A stretch of 64,000 nt of DNA from Balanoglossus misakiensis (lineage: Eukaryota > Animalia > Hemichordata). Numbering within the stretch: the stretch's first letter is position 1; the number at the start of each line of letters is the position of its first letter. Of this stretch, positions 22,138 to 36,000 are shown one piece after another. The notes beneath the pieces were generated by a model. The model saw nothing but the letters and a program-made list of their open reading frames with translations. It did no database searches and was not told the DNA's origin. The stretch is from the NCBI GenBank assembly GCA_040954595.2, contig CM082584.2, positions 10,138,190 to 10,202,189 on the forward strand, read 5' to 3'. Both the position numbers and the translations under genes were made by a program.

Positions 22138-24456
22138 CTTGAACTTGCAAATCTTCCGATTGAACGACAAGGGCGAAACAGATAACGAGACGGACGAACT
22201 GACAACTCGTTTTTAGCTTTCTTTGCGGTCTAATGGCGAAAACACTGGTCGGCATTGAAACAAACGCAATGCGTTGCGCAGCAACAGTCTAACAATCGCG
22301 GTTATTGGTCAATCCGGTATCTAATCAGTTTTACCGTGACAACATTCATAACAGTGTGGTACTGAAGTTGTCAGCTTTCATTTTGTTCACGAAAAGTCCA
22401 TTTTGACATCAGGGGCCCCGGCTTTGGACGGGACGGTATTTAAGTACCCTTATCCAACCCCTCTCATCTTCTGATACCAGTGGAGTTCATTTTCAAAGAG
22501 AGAAAGCAAGAAAAGGTGAGTCCCGTACCAAGGCGAGTCTCGTCCACCCCACGTCATCGAGAAGGCCGTTCTTGCATGCAATGTACAACTTCTTATCTCA
22601 TCTAAGCTCCGGAGTCTCAACTTTGACACATTACAACATTATCAGTATTACCAAATTTAAATTATCAGATTTCCGCTTCGAAAAGCAAACCGGGGTTCAG
22701 CTCGAACCCCTATTCAGTGAGTGTTTGGTCGGACCCGGAGGAACAGCTGCGAACCTCCCGTGGAATTTAGTAACTTAACTTGCACATGAACCACGGCCGT
22801 AAATCGAAACGGGGTGATGATGGATGCACGTGCCCCACGTCGGCAAGGTGGAATGACCCGGGTCGGATGCTAATTGCTGCCACGTGCAAAAGATCATCAT
22901 GGAAACTTGATGATACGAAGTGAACGGTTCGCACAGGTTGAGTCTAAAGCCAACCCCCGCCGAGTGCGTTATCTGCAATAGAAACCGTGTAAAGGCGAAC
23001 TTCAGCCACGGGGCGAGGTGAACAGTGCGATCAAAATTACTCCGAGAGTTGCTCGAGGGAGGGATTCCAACACACGAGGAAATCATATGACGGACACAGC
23101 AGTGCCACGCCCACAAACAGGCAAATCCCGGATACACCCATATATACAGTGGTATGACGTATATGTATCATCGAATAAATGATAAGAAAGATGACATATT
23201 TATATTCCGTTTGACCTGACTTATGATAGACCCTTATATCAGGAACATGTTCTTATCGTTTCTGTTGGTGCCGCTCCCACCACGGAATTGTTTATCTTTC
23301 ACTTTAAAGAATGCCGCTCAGAATTTTTTTCCAGTCTTCAAAAATGAAGACCTAACTGATGATTGTGACTGTCACTCTTGTTTTGTGGTTTCAAGCTCCC
23401 TACCCTCTCCCCATCGCGTGGTTTTCGTAATAGCCAAGAAACTTTGTCAGTAGATATATATAATCGCTTCCCGAAAAAAATATATACCTCAGTGGTAGTT
23501 GACCCGGGGGTTAAGGTGAAGTTCTCGAGAGGTTTTCACGGAAAAGAAACTACGCTTGGTTCGAAACACTATTTTCGCTATCATTTCTACATTGAGAAGC
23601 GTATACACACGCCACTTAACTTCACACCACGAACTTTATACACAATTTCATTTCAGTAGTCATTAAATTTGATCGGTGTGGCAGCATTTCATGCAAACAT
23701 GTCAAGCGGATCGTGATGTACATTTTGCATGTCAAGATCGAGAGCCCCCTTTCAGGCCAGCGTCGTTGGAGATCGGAGAGTCCCGCCTCGTTGGGAAACA
23801 AATTAGTGATAGGTTGTGTAGCAACTACTTTCGCTTGTTTCAGTTCGCACGGATTATACAAAAACCGCAATTGTAACGTCTGACTGATTTGGTCTGCATG
23901 TGTTCTGACCAAAGTTTCTCGTTGTACACTATGCCAAACTACAAGTACCGACGTGCACCACGTGATGGGTCAGAAAACTGACATGTAATATTGTTGGCTT
24001 TAAAATCTTTGAAATAAGACCAACAGACGCTATGTGATGTTGTTAATCTGTATCGACAGCGTTCAAAAGGTCAGTGGTAACGACAGGTCAAAGACTGGTT
24101 TCTTTCTCTGGGTTTCCCGTTATCGAGTTCTCAGTCAGTTTTGGCAAATAGAAAAAAAACAGACGTCAAAATATTACAGCTGTATGGCACTTTAACAAGA
24201 AAAAAGGGAAGTCAATGTAGAACGGTGAGCCAGTAGGTCGACACCGGGGTCATTCTTATCCTAGACCCGCGGCGATACGACGGTGAGTACACAAGATAAG
24301 ACTGCTTTTAATGGTAAAGGTGATGAACAGATGTTGCGAGTGATGACGGGGACAGGGAATAATTGTCCTTCAAACCTTTCAATTCAAGCGAGAGAATATA
24401 CCAAAAAGAGGGAGTTAGGCGAAGTGTTACAAGAAGTCAACCAAGTGATAGACGGA

Positions 24457-26454
24457 TCAGGAGAGCTTCTTTGCCGTCAAGTACATAAAACTGCTGGCGT
24501 CAGCTATGTCCTGGTTTTCGCCGATATCATCTGCGAAGATAATCTTCTCCATGATCTCAAAACCAGCCTGCTTGTAGGCTGATGTCACAAAGTCCTCATC
24601 GACAGTCATTGCAAAGAATTTCTTGTCACCGACGTTGTAGAAATACCCGCCTAATCTGCCCCAGTGAACGACCAAACCATCTCCTCTGAGCAAGGAATGC
24701 AGCGACCTCACACCCTCTTCATAAGACTCAACATCTGGGCAGGCCATTTCGAGGCAGCTGGCTATTATGATGACGTCAAACAGCCCATAATTTCTTGGGG
24801 CGATCGGGTTCTTTTTCAAAACGTCGCACGGTATAACCTCTTTGATCTTCCGGCGAAGTTCTTCTTCGAGGTCTCGCCATGACTCCCTTTAATAGTAAAA
24901 TTATATAGAATATGAACAGGCTACAAATGATTTATTGAAGTGTTTGCTGAATTCGGATTTTTCACAAAAACGTTTATTTTTGTGATGCAAGATGAGTTCA
25001 TTTTTACCAGATGAAAATTAAACAAAGTAAAAAAAAACAACAACAGATAAATGCAACATGCAGTTTTTAGACAGTTAGACCTACACGAATATTATGGGAA
25101 ATGTTTATTCGTTCTATCTTGATAAAATGTACACTTTCAGAATTGCCTGTGTGTGCTATGCATGTTCATATAAAAATCACTTGGTTGACCGCAAGTGTTG
25201 CACACACGCATGTTTTGTGGAGTCAATTGAAATCTCAGTGCTCGTTATGTTTTTTTTCATAGCCTAGTACATGGGCCGCCCAGGATGAAGAAACGCGACA
25301 TTGGCTTACCTGTCCCCTTGAAGTTCAGCTACATACTTGAAATATGGCGACCAGTCGTATGCACCAGGATCATTCTCAACCCACTTTCGAACTTCTCGAC
25401 GACAATTCTCGGTGTAATCAGAACTGATTATTTCGGAAACGTTCCTGGCTAGCGGGATCAGGCGGTGAATACAGGGGCCGCCGCCCAGCTCCAACGCCCT
25501 CGTGGTGCCAGTGAGTAGACCTGCAAGTGACCGATAGGGGGCGTGAAAGCAGAGGATGCTGTGTCTTGGATGCACAGGTGTCGTGGAACGCCCTTCCTGA
25601 GAGATTTCCAATGCTCCCAAACCAAACTTGTATTACTGAGTACAGTATAACCATTTGAGAGACACCAAAAACACATGCACTCATTTTTATAGCCTACAGG
25701 TGTTAAAAATAACATGCAAAATTTGAGTCATGAATATTAGTCTTCTGTTTTGTAGCCGTCACAGGATTCATATATGAATTCTTATTTTGAGTCTTACACT
25801 TAGTACACTATAGCTGTGATTTGTGGTTGTTTGTTTTTTACATCGTTTGTATACAGTACACTGAGATAGAGGTGTGAAGAGTGTTTTCTAAAGATTAGAT
25901 GAGAGCAAACGATTAAAACGTGTAAAAACAAGCGCTATTCGTTGTAATTGAAGAGAACGCCATTTTAAACCATACAAAATGACATGCATGCAGTAGGTCA
26001 ATGGTGCGCAATTCACTGTTCACACACAATCATCCAAAAAATAGTTTCAATCCTGCTGGTATTTGTTGTGACGACGTTTCTGTGGATTACGTAACCATTA
26101 CTGTGGTATTTTGATGAAAGTGTTTGTATATTTCTTAAATATTCATCTACATTTTACGTAATGTTACGCGTTGTTGTTTTAGGGTGATACAAACCCTTTA
26201 AAATCAGGGCAAAATAGTAAAAATATATGAAGAATTGTGAACAGTCATGGTTATTTTGGCTAACACTTTTCAGACCATAGCTCCTGGAGAGTCTATGCTC
26301 CGACACGTTCGGTAGTTGACTCACCTTTTTCAAGGGAGCTGTGTAAACTTCTGAGAAAGTTTTTGTCGCATTGGAAGTACTTCTCTTTCATCGTCAGGTA
26401 CTGGCGTGGATCGAAATCTTCGTGGTAGTCGGTGCCAAAGAGAACGTTTTCCAT
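24457..26454 (-). CDS. NNMT/INMT/PNMT-family small-molecule N-methyltransferase, 3 exons, ~256 aa
   Basis: Exons 26454-26325, 25520-25310, 24886-24457 (771 nt). Motifs YHEDFDPRQYL, LELGGGPCIH (SAM motif I), SDYTENCRREV..W....YDWSPY, PCDVLKKNP, CLEMAC, SLLRGDG and YFYNVGDKKF. The 3-exon layout resembles vertebrate NNMT-family genes. Confidence 0.9.
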
Positions 26455-27983
26455 GCTGCAATGTTGTCTGACTTGATTGGTCAGTGCGAGCAAAGTCTGT
26501 TGAAGAACGGAAAAATGACTGTTTACTTGTACCAGGTGACTGTGTACAGGAACTCGTGCCACTTTGGCCCATAATCGACGCTCGAGTCAGAGGTCTCGTG
26601 ATCACACGTGTTGCAGCATATTTGCCTACCCATGGACGCCCATGCTCTACCTGCATTTACAGTCGAGCAGTCCCTCTATTACATAAACCCACCCTATTCA
26701 GTAGTTAAACAACCATGTTTAGTTTACCATCAATAAACAAGTATGTAAAAAAAGTCTGAAAACAAGAGAGACTATTTTTCTCGTGGTGTGGTCAATTTAT
26801 CACCATCAAAACATCACGCAACAGCAGTTTATGAAGTATGGGATGTGTTCCGACGGAACAATTCAAAATGCGTGGCTTAGGAACTGTTCTGCATGCAGAA
26901 ACACTTTTGAAACCTGTCATCGTGATTAATCAAAAAAGGGACATTTGAGCAGAACGGTGATTATTGATGGGCGGGGAGAGTTGCTTGTAGAAGTCTGCTT
27001 GGATAATGTCATTTGTATCCAAAGACGGGGAAACATATTTTCTTTTTTATCGGAGCGTTTACTTTACTTATAAACCCCAGAAACAAAAGGCGACGGTCGA
27101 TATAGGCTAAGAAACTGCACAAAAGAAAATCAATATGCAGGGCAATTTAGGATATTTTCGTGGATTGTGTATGCATGGAGGTACGGTGGTACCTAACTCT
27201 ATGGTGTATATAATGGGTAAATAAAGTGTACATGTACTTACCTGTCAGAAGTGTGACTAAAGGTGAAATTTAGAACGAAAAGAACGTCGTCGAAGACTAG
27301 AACGCAGATTTGAGCGATGGTAGCTGTGTGTCTTCAATGGCAAGGCTTATGTACTCAAAGTCTTTACCTGAGGCAACCGATGCACATTACGTAACTCCCG
27401 TCAAATCTGCATATTACATCATGCTACCATCAGCCATTCTGATTGGACGAGAGCTCAGTACAGCTAACTTTTTAATAACGATGCCACTGATTTGCCACAA
27501 AATCAATTTTTAATGTAATTTCAAAGCAACAACCCCCGTTAATTCGTCGTCACGTTAATATAACCCGAGTTCCTGTACAGCATGGTGTGTGGACAGTTTA
27601 TTGCTTCTCATATGGATATGCATAATGTCATCCAAAATACTACAAACGCGGATTAATTTTAATTAAAAACAGAGTTCCCCCCCCCCCCGAAAGGTCAAAA
27701 TACCATCGGGACATTTGAATATTATACTTTATACGTTGCATTATTGTCTTATATTTTCAACTCCGCCCCGTACAATTATCAAATAAATCATTGGGATGAA
27801 ACGATGCCAGACACTTTCGAACATGTCGTTCCCAACGCAAAATGGTAGTGATCGCACACGCTAAACCATCATTCCATCATCAAAGTACATTATACCTACT
27901 CCGCCACCCATCCCCTAAACAGTGTATCGAAAATGCCAAAATTTATCTGGCTAACATTTTCTTTGTCAAACATAATTCCATGT

Positions 27984-29284
27984 TTATAACTGTTCACTAT
28001 TGTAGGCTATTATTTGCCGTCTGAAAATGTCCTCTGCTTTTCTGTAAATTTCTATGTCATAGCGGAGAGCATCCCTCACTGCCTGATCAGAAGACAACTC
28101 CCTTTTCAGCTCTTCAACGACGTCTTCTTTGGTTTGATTGCTTTCTTGGCCAGGAATTCGGTACGATGGCCTTTTATTTCTCCACAGCTCAGAGCAGAGA
28201 CTGGAGAACGGGAGTTGGAAGGCTCGCTCGAAGAGACGGAAGTTGGTCTCGTACTCGCTGGTCAGACCTATGACGGCAAACCACGATTCCAAGTGGTCCA
28301 GAACGTAGTCCAAAACCAGTGCCCTGTGTTCATCCCGTATGACGTGATCCAACAAGAGCTTATTTCTCCACCAGGCCTTGATGCGGTGCAGTGGTGGATC
28401 TTCCGGCGTGCGGACTTCATCCAGGAGCTTTGTATAGTCGGCCGTGAAGAATTCCGGGTTGATTAGAAGTTGTCGGAAGAACAAGCTACCCTGATGCACT
28501 GCCCACTCGCTCACTGTCATCTCGTGGATGGGCCGCATGATGCAGAAGGCTTGGCCGACCCTTTGACAAAAGTTGTACGAGGAAATCAGCCGTTCGTAGG
28601 GGTCCCGCAGTACGGTGAATGTGCCACACGGCTTGGTTGTGAAATTGCACATGGGAAATGAGGAATCGCCAACGTAGGCCTTGGCGAGATTTTGATCTCT
28701 CCCGTCCATCAGCATCTGGGGATAAACCGTGATCGCCGTTGGATTGTCAATGAGGGCGGCTGGCGACTCTCCAATGTCTTCCAAGACATAGTCGAGGCAG
28801 AACTTGGACGTCTGTCCACCAGCCTTCCAGTGGTGAACGAAAACCACGGTGGCACTCGCATATTCTGCATCGGATGGAATCCTTTCCCGAGTCCAGCTAT
28901 ATGTTGGACGAGTATAATAATTCGGCAGATAATTCTGCTTGGCCAACCACGGGTAGAGTTTAAGGACGTCTCCGTGTCTGCTGTGAACACCGGTAGATTT
29001 TCTGCCGGCGCTGACAAAACAAATTATGAAAACATGGGAATTCATGGTTTCATGATCTATACCCATTTACATCCTTCTAACATCATTTTTCAGACACCAA
29101 ACCAAGACTTGAATACCGACTTTCAGCATATTGGCGATAGTGAAATGACTTCGAAATCTTACCTCAGCTGAAACGACCCATGGACACTGTTTCCAATCCA
29201 AAGAGAAGCCGCAATGAGAACAATTGTAATTGCAACCACTGCAAATACAACGGGTTTCAGTCCGGTGCGTCTGAACATCGACAT
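27984..29284 (-). CDS. Golgi membrane sulfotransferase (Sulfotransfer_2 / HS6ST-GAL3ST-like), 2 exons, ~382 aa
   Basis: Exon 29284-29163 encodes a signal anchor (MSMFRRTGLKPVVFAVVAITIVLIAASLWIG). Exon 29010-27984 has 5'-PSB VFVHHWKAGGQT, 3'-PB FTVLRDPYERLISSY, FAVIGLTSEY and YDIEIY. 1149 nt, in frame. Confidence 0.85.
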
Positions 29285-29964
29285 GCTCCTTATCCGTCCC
29301 TGTTATGCGTCAAATGATAACATCATACACACTGAGGCGCAATTGCCACAAAGTGTACGGGGGACTTAATATTGTATAACTTAATATTGATAATCGGAAT
29401 AATAAGATTATATGTCGACAAACAGCTGGGACTAGAAATGTACAGACCAAAAAATAATTTCGTTTTATAAATCTAAATCTCAGTCTACTGAGGCCTTTAT
29501 CTGATAATCCTTTTTCATTTTGTTTATCCGTTTTTTATTGATTTCCATGATCGTTTTGCACGTGATTGGTATATGGGTCCGGCGTTGTGTATCATGTCAA
29601 TATATTTCATAGAGCTGGTATCCATCGCGACCGGCACACACCATATCCTGGGCTAACACGATGACAAAAAGTTTTTTTGCCTTGCTACTCCCTACTCCGT
29701 CCCCTCCCCCCTCGAATGACAGACTACTGCCCTTCGTCGTAACATTCAGAAAATTGCATTGTGCTGTTCGATCAATACAATTGAAACATATCTCTGAATA
29801 TGTTGCGATATTTTCTCAGTATGCCGGTATGTTATCATTCTGTTTGACTCGCCAAACTACAAGTACATGTACTAGCATGGGACAAGATACGAAAGTTCGT
29901 CGTAGTCGTACCGCTGGTGGCGTTCTGTTGTCAATGGCGATCGCGATAGCGTCGTCTACACTTT

Positions 29965-29979
29965 GTGACGTCACTTCCG
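29965..29979. promoter_or_regulatory. Overlapping CRE/ETS composite element in the head-to-head promoter of the sulfotransferase and SPATA6
   Basis: GTGACGTCACTTCCG (reverse complement CGGAAGTGACGTCAC) lies about 80 bp upstream of the SPATA6 ATG. Confidence 0.5.
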
Positions 29980-30057
29980 TGACCTTAAGAGTGGGGATTC
30001 CATCTCGTCAAACACATCTTCCTTCACGGGGTTTCTGCCGCAAGGGGATAAGCAGAA

Positions 30058-33000
30058 ATGCCGCGTAAAGCACTCCGAGTTGTTGTTGAGCTCAACATAG
30101 AAGCGGTAAGTACTCAGACTGAGACGATCTACTCTGAAAGTCTGCCAGATTTTGGTCATTTATTGGCGATGTTGACAGCGAGATTTCCACTGTTCACTGT
30201 TGTTGTGTTGTTGGCACGGTGCCATAATATTTTCATTTGTGAATTTAATTTTTTCCTGCTTGAAGCAGAAAATGTTAGGAGTCTTTGGCAACAGTTACAA
30301 CATCATTATTGATCATATGTTTTGATGAAGACCTTCCTGAATTCACAGCAGTGGGCGATGATCTAACCGTATTGAAACTGACATCAGTACTTGGTGTGAA
30401 CATTGCAGTTCGTAAAGATATTGCGGTCACATAGATTAATTAACTGTTCGTGAATCCAACTTTGAGAAAGGAAAGAGACCTTTGACTGTGATAACGGGAA
30501 TACTGATCGAAATATTCAACAAGGAGCACTCTGTTGTTGATACTTGAACATTAAAACCCCAATGCCCCTCACAACAATGGCGTCAACATTTCTTAGCAAC
30601 GACATGCCCCAGCATGTTGGCGTCCCTCGCAACCTGCATCTCTCAGTGCACCATTTCGACCGAGACAGCGCGCGGCTCAACAACGCCGCACCAAATTAGT
30701 CAATTTCGAAGTTATTACACTTCCAGGGGTTATGGAGTCGGAGTCCCAATATGAGACTGCCGTTAATCACTATAAACATTTGCACACAATAAAAGGTCAC
30801 TTGACACACCCATTTGTGGATTTCAGCAAGAAGTATGTTGCAAATGCAATTGACATGATTGAAGGTAGTAGTCGAAACTACCTGTATTTTGGTTAGTTAT
30901 ATAAACAAAGACCTAACAGTTACCAAGGCAAGCAGTGACCTCTCTCTGATATTATATACACGTACATGTCACCCCCCAACATTGTACATTTAAACTTTAA
31001 AGGTCTTTGTTGGACAATCCAACTATTTTATACTTAATGCTTTTGTGTTGGCACCCTTTTGGCCGACAGCCAAGCATAACTGAATGTACAATTCAGACTG
31101 TGGTTGAAGTCAGAGGGTATGGTATGAACAGCTTAGTCATAAGGGAACTGTGGAGCAATAGTTTTGTCCAGGCCTTCATATATTAAATAGCATTTTTTGC
31201 CTTTGTCCGCAGGTGACTTGTCCAGGAACTTTTCTCAGGGAAAGAGAAGATGTTTATCTGAGTGTGTGCTTGTTGGGTTACCAAAAGAAAACTGTTGCAC
31301 TCCCACCAGTGTTCCCATTGCTCATCCACCAAGTTCTCAGATTTGAGAGGGTAAGTTGACAAATTCCTAATCAGAAATCGTTCCCTAATCAAGTTTTGGG
31401 AAATTTGGGGATTAAATCAACACTGGAAAGAAGATGCAAACCCCAAACCTTTTTTTTTTTTTGCGCCAGACATTCTCTAACTGCAGCGATCCAGCCCAGT
31501 TGTCGCTAGAACTTGGCGGAGAGCATGTCTACATAGAACTGATCCAGCTGAGACCGGATTATGAAGGTGGAACTGTCTTGGCGTACTATGAGGCAGCGGC
31601 TAGGGACTTCCTCTACCCAGATCCCTACCTGGCTCCCTCCTACACGCTGGCCGAGAGAGAAATCCTCTTCCATAGAACACTTGCATTCAGAGTAAGTCCA
31701 TATTGTTTTACACCAGGGACAGCCTGTTGACCTCCAGGGAGATGGCATTGTGATTTCTCTGTGATCTAACACCGTAACATCGCGTACACATACTTTTAAG
31801 TAGCAAGCTCAAAATGTTAACACACGTTGGGTCGGTCATCACCAAAGTGAAACTTTGGGTTTTAACTTGCGTCTACTTCTCTGCCTATACATAGGGTATT
31901 TCTCCGAAGCTGGAGTTCTCGTGTTCAACTACGGTCAGGGACACCACCACTCCAACCCTGGATGAGATGCGAGATCTCTCCAGGGAGGCATATTCGGATG
32001 AAGAGATTGTTACGTACACGCCGAGGAGGAGGAGGAAATCCAAAAGGAGACGGTAAGAGATGATGTAGATTGTGATCGCTAAGCAACTAACGTGGTAAAT
32101 TTAGAAACATATTTGCAAACCTATCGCAGTAAGTAATTAGCAATAGATCGCTGTTTACTTAGGTCAGATTTTATCCAAAGTTAAGTGTACGGGGGAATGA
32201 GCATTTCTATACTCTTGCCTCCAGAACCAAGAGCTATGAGGTGCCCACCATCAGCTCGCGAGTGAAATCCCCATCGATGAAACGCCGCCAGATGTTCGAT
32301 GAAAGCACCCGCCAAGAGGCACTAGATGAAAGACCACCGTTTGTGGTAAGACGGGTAGGTTCAGTCGGTGCACAAATTAAATGCACACTATGCTTTTTGC
32401 TTTACGTGTCGTTCAGTCTTAAGTTCTAATTGTCTGTCGGTGCATGTAGATGTGCGTGCTTGAGTGTCTTGGCGCTTGCTAACGTCCTGTGTCATCATGT
32501 AATGTATGGCTGTGTACTGTACTTAGTATGAGAAACATTGGGTGTAAGTACCACACAGTAAATATGTAAAACATCAAAGAAACAACAATATCACATGGGT
32601 TCATCTTTTCATCTGTACCTGTGCCGGGTAAAATCTATCGAAATTAAGCAGTCACCGTTGTGGTGCAGTGTTTCAGTGATACCTCATATGGATGTCTCTA
32701 TCTTTGTTACTTCTCCCAGCCGGATACATTCAACCGGCAGCCGTCTCCCGGCATGGGACAATCTCCGTCACCCAAGAGACCCCAGTCAGCACCTCTTCTG
32801 CGTAGCCGTTCCGTGTCGCCCGGTAGAAGATACCAAAGTAAGTTCATGACGGGACTCGATTGTAAAAAAATGTTCATCACAGAGGCAGTCAAAACAGATC
32901 GAACACAACTCATGTTGAAAAGTCCCTCTGAATTTCCCTTGCAATGCTCCTATCCTTCTATGGTTCATTCACTATTTATCCACATGTACATTAACATAAA

Positions 33001-36000
33001 CAGAGTTTTGAAAAAAGGGCAGCAAGAGAGAGACTTTGTCCCTTTAATAGTAAAAAAAGAGAATCAAAAGTCACAATTAATGCATTGGCGCTTTAAATGA
33101 TCATCCAAGTAAATGCATCACAGGCTTTCATTCTTTCTTTCCTTCCTTCCCTCCTTTCTTTCCTGATAAACATTTTAATGTATTTTCTTTATCTCCATGC
33201 TTCTTTCTCTCCTTTGTTTTGACCCTTGGCAATAACTGTGTGTCAGGATACATATCGGCCAAAGACTGCACAATCTGTTCGCTGTATAGGCGCTACTTAG
33301 GGGACAAGTACTGGGGCCATCGCTACAATTTCCATCCACACCACGGCTTGAAAGTCAAACCGATTAAGGTACACTTAGTCAGTTCCCTGTGCTGTGTTTG
33401 TGTTAGTGGAGACCCTCTCACCCCCGCAGATTAATGACCCAGGTCCATTGTTTCCTGTTGTAACGTTGGACCTGTGCATTCTGAAATGGGGGAGAAAGGG
33501 TTCAACCTACTTCACTGGTTATCTAACAGCGCTACTGGTAAGATTTTGGTGGCTGTCTTGTGCACATTTTTAACATTCTGTTGGAAAACTGATTCCCTGA
33601 TAGTCGAAACAAGGAAATAAATAAAAAAATTGCACATCTCAGACTCCACCAAATTCTTTACCAGCAGTGATCTTTTAAAGTAGCCTTGTCACCAGATGCA
33701 GAAGTGTGTGAGTATACACTTAATACCACAGACAACAGTACAATGGTGTTTTGTGTTGTTCTACTAGTATTCTACTACACACACCCCATCTGCTGACCGG
33801 GCCACTTTAAAAGTGCATGCTTTCGGGATATGTGCATGTTACATGTCTCTCTTGTTCCCTGTATTTCACTTGTATCACGTAGGGAGAAGTTACTGGAAGA
33901 GCGATATCTCTGATTGGCCTCAAAGACGCTTTTACAGCAGCAAGGTGACTGCCCATGGCTGTCTATAATTCACCTGTCACGATCTTTCACTGTGTACATG
34001 TAAAATCTATTTGCAGAAATCACTTCCTCATCTGTTTTTGAGAGTGGTGTTCATAATTTCTTCTTAATGCCCCTTATGTTGACTGTTTGTGGAGAATTAT
34101 GAACCAAATCAAGATTGCAATTATCCATATATGTGTACCATCCATGTACTGACCCTACCGACAAAATCTTCGGTAAAATACATGCGGAATTCTGTGTGTT
34201 ATTAGTAATAATCGACTGCACCAGTTGGGACAAAAGCCTGACATTTACACAAAGATCTGTTTGATTGTTACAGGCTGTACGAGAACCAGAGATATCTTTA
34301 AGCAGCAGTACAACTGAGCTGAGTGATGAAACAGAAGGTAAATATACCTTGTCTTGGAAGATCATCCAATCAGGGATGAGCTTTGTGAAAGTCCAACCAA
34401 TCAGGGTTATGCTTTCAAAAAGACCAGTCAGCTATGTCCTTTGCAAGGTTCTTCTGCACTCTGTAGGCAACTACTGCGCTTCTGGGGACCATCCAGTTGA
34501 AACCACCTCTGTTCAAGACTTGCCCTCAAAATATCTGTCCTGTTTGTTATTCACCAGAGCTGATCGAAGGCCTGAATCGTCTGGAGTTCTCCGATACCTC
34601 AGAGAGCGATGGCCTAACCACAGACCACCTGGTGTCCGAGAGGCTTCCAAGCGGCAGGGTGGCCTACGGACGGCTGCCGTCTCACTACAGCCACTACACC
34701 CCCCGCAGCAGTTACTTGGACTCCCCCGCAGCGTCCTGGCGGTCGCCACGGGCAACCAGCCCAGTACTCACCAGACCCTCCATCAGGGATCGCTACGGCG
34801 ACCTGCCGTACACACCGAGCAAGGCTGATCGAATCCACGACAGAGTGGACTACCTGCTTGAAAGAAACCGGGTATGTTGTTGTTGAAATCCAAGTACATT
34901 TCACCAACATTCAAATAGATACTAGCAAATAATACATGCTAAGTTAATGTGAATGATATTGATTTTTCTCTCCCCAAGAAGAATAGGATTACATACATCA
35001 ACATGAATGTCTGCAGTATACACAGTTAAGGGGTGGCTGTAGTCTGTTCGTTCTGTACTTCAATGGTGCAACCACTGGTGGAAACACCAACATAATCAAT
35101 GATTTGAATGAGAGAGCTGGACATCGTTTATATGTGACATTCACTCTAAAACAAACATCAACACAAGGTACCCTACGTACATGACATCGGTCTGTCAGTG
35201 GCACTTCAAGTCAAAACATCTACATGTATGCGCTTCCCTACAACTGATGTAACCGACACACGTCCAGCCAGTTATAATAGTTCATACCCTCTCTCCCCAA
35301 CTAATGTGACTTACAGCACAATTATCAATCCTAGCACAGATCTGACCAAACACTGAAGCCCGTAAAACAACCAGCCATATCTGGTGTAGTTTGTCTAAGA
35401 CAAGACTCAAAAGAAATGTGAGGTTACCAAATCGCTTTTCTAGGCTAACCACACTGTTCCTTCATCCCGATCACAATTGATAATGTAACCTGTCTTCCCA
35501 ACACATCTCCAGGTATCAGGCGATTCCGACACAGAAGATTCCACCGATTTCCACGATCTCCCCGGAGATTCGTTTGCCAGTGAGCTCCGTAACATCTCCC
35601 AACATTCCCAGTTCGAACAAGACAGGAGGTATTAAACGCACTTGACATTTTTTTTCTCACCCCAATCCATCCATCCTGTCTATTAACATCCGTTTTTCGT
35701 CATTTCAGTACATGTAGCATTTAGAGATGTAATGCCTGGTTATATTGGTGCTGTGCTTAAAAAAAGGTTAATGCTTGGTAGTTGTGCGACACTATATTGC
35801 ACTGTTTTTGTGAAGTGTTCATTCACAGAAGCGTCTTTTTTTTCGTTTGAAAACCCTCTTCAACGGTGTTCCAGCTGCAAACCCCAAATCCAATATTCCC
35901 AGAAGACTGTGTCACTGACAGTAAATATAAATACATAATTCACTGATTGGCAATGCATTGGTTATAATATGTAGTGTATAACGCAAGCATAGGTACCAGG

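Noticed and set aside
22803-23150. + strand frame interrupted only by TGA codons (possible selenoprotein)
   Set aside because: No similarity to selenoprotein families that I recognise, no CxxU context and no evident SECIS; compatible with chance.
28014-29171. + strand ORFs of 150-159 aa
   Set aside because: Antisense to the sulfotransferase coding exon, with no independent coding signal.
30578-30700. Short ATG-initiated ORF in SPATA6 intron 1
   Set aside because: About 40 codons ending in a stop, with no recognisable similarity; more likely regulatory sequence.
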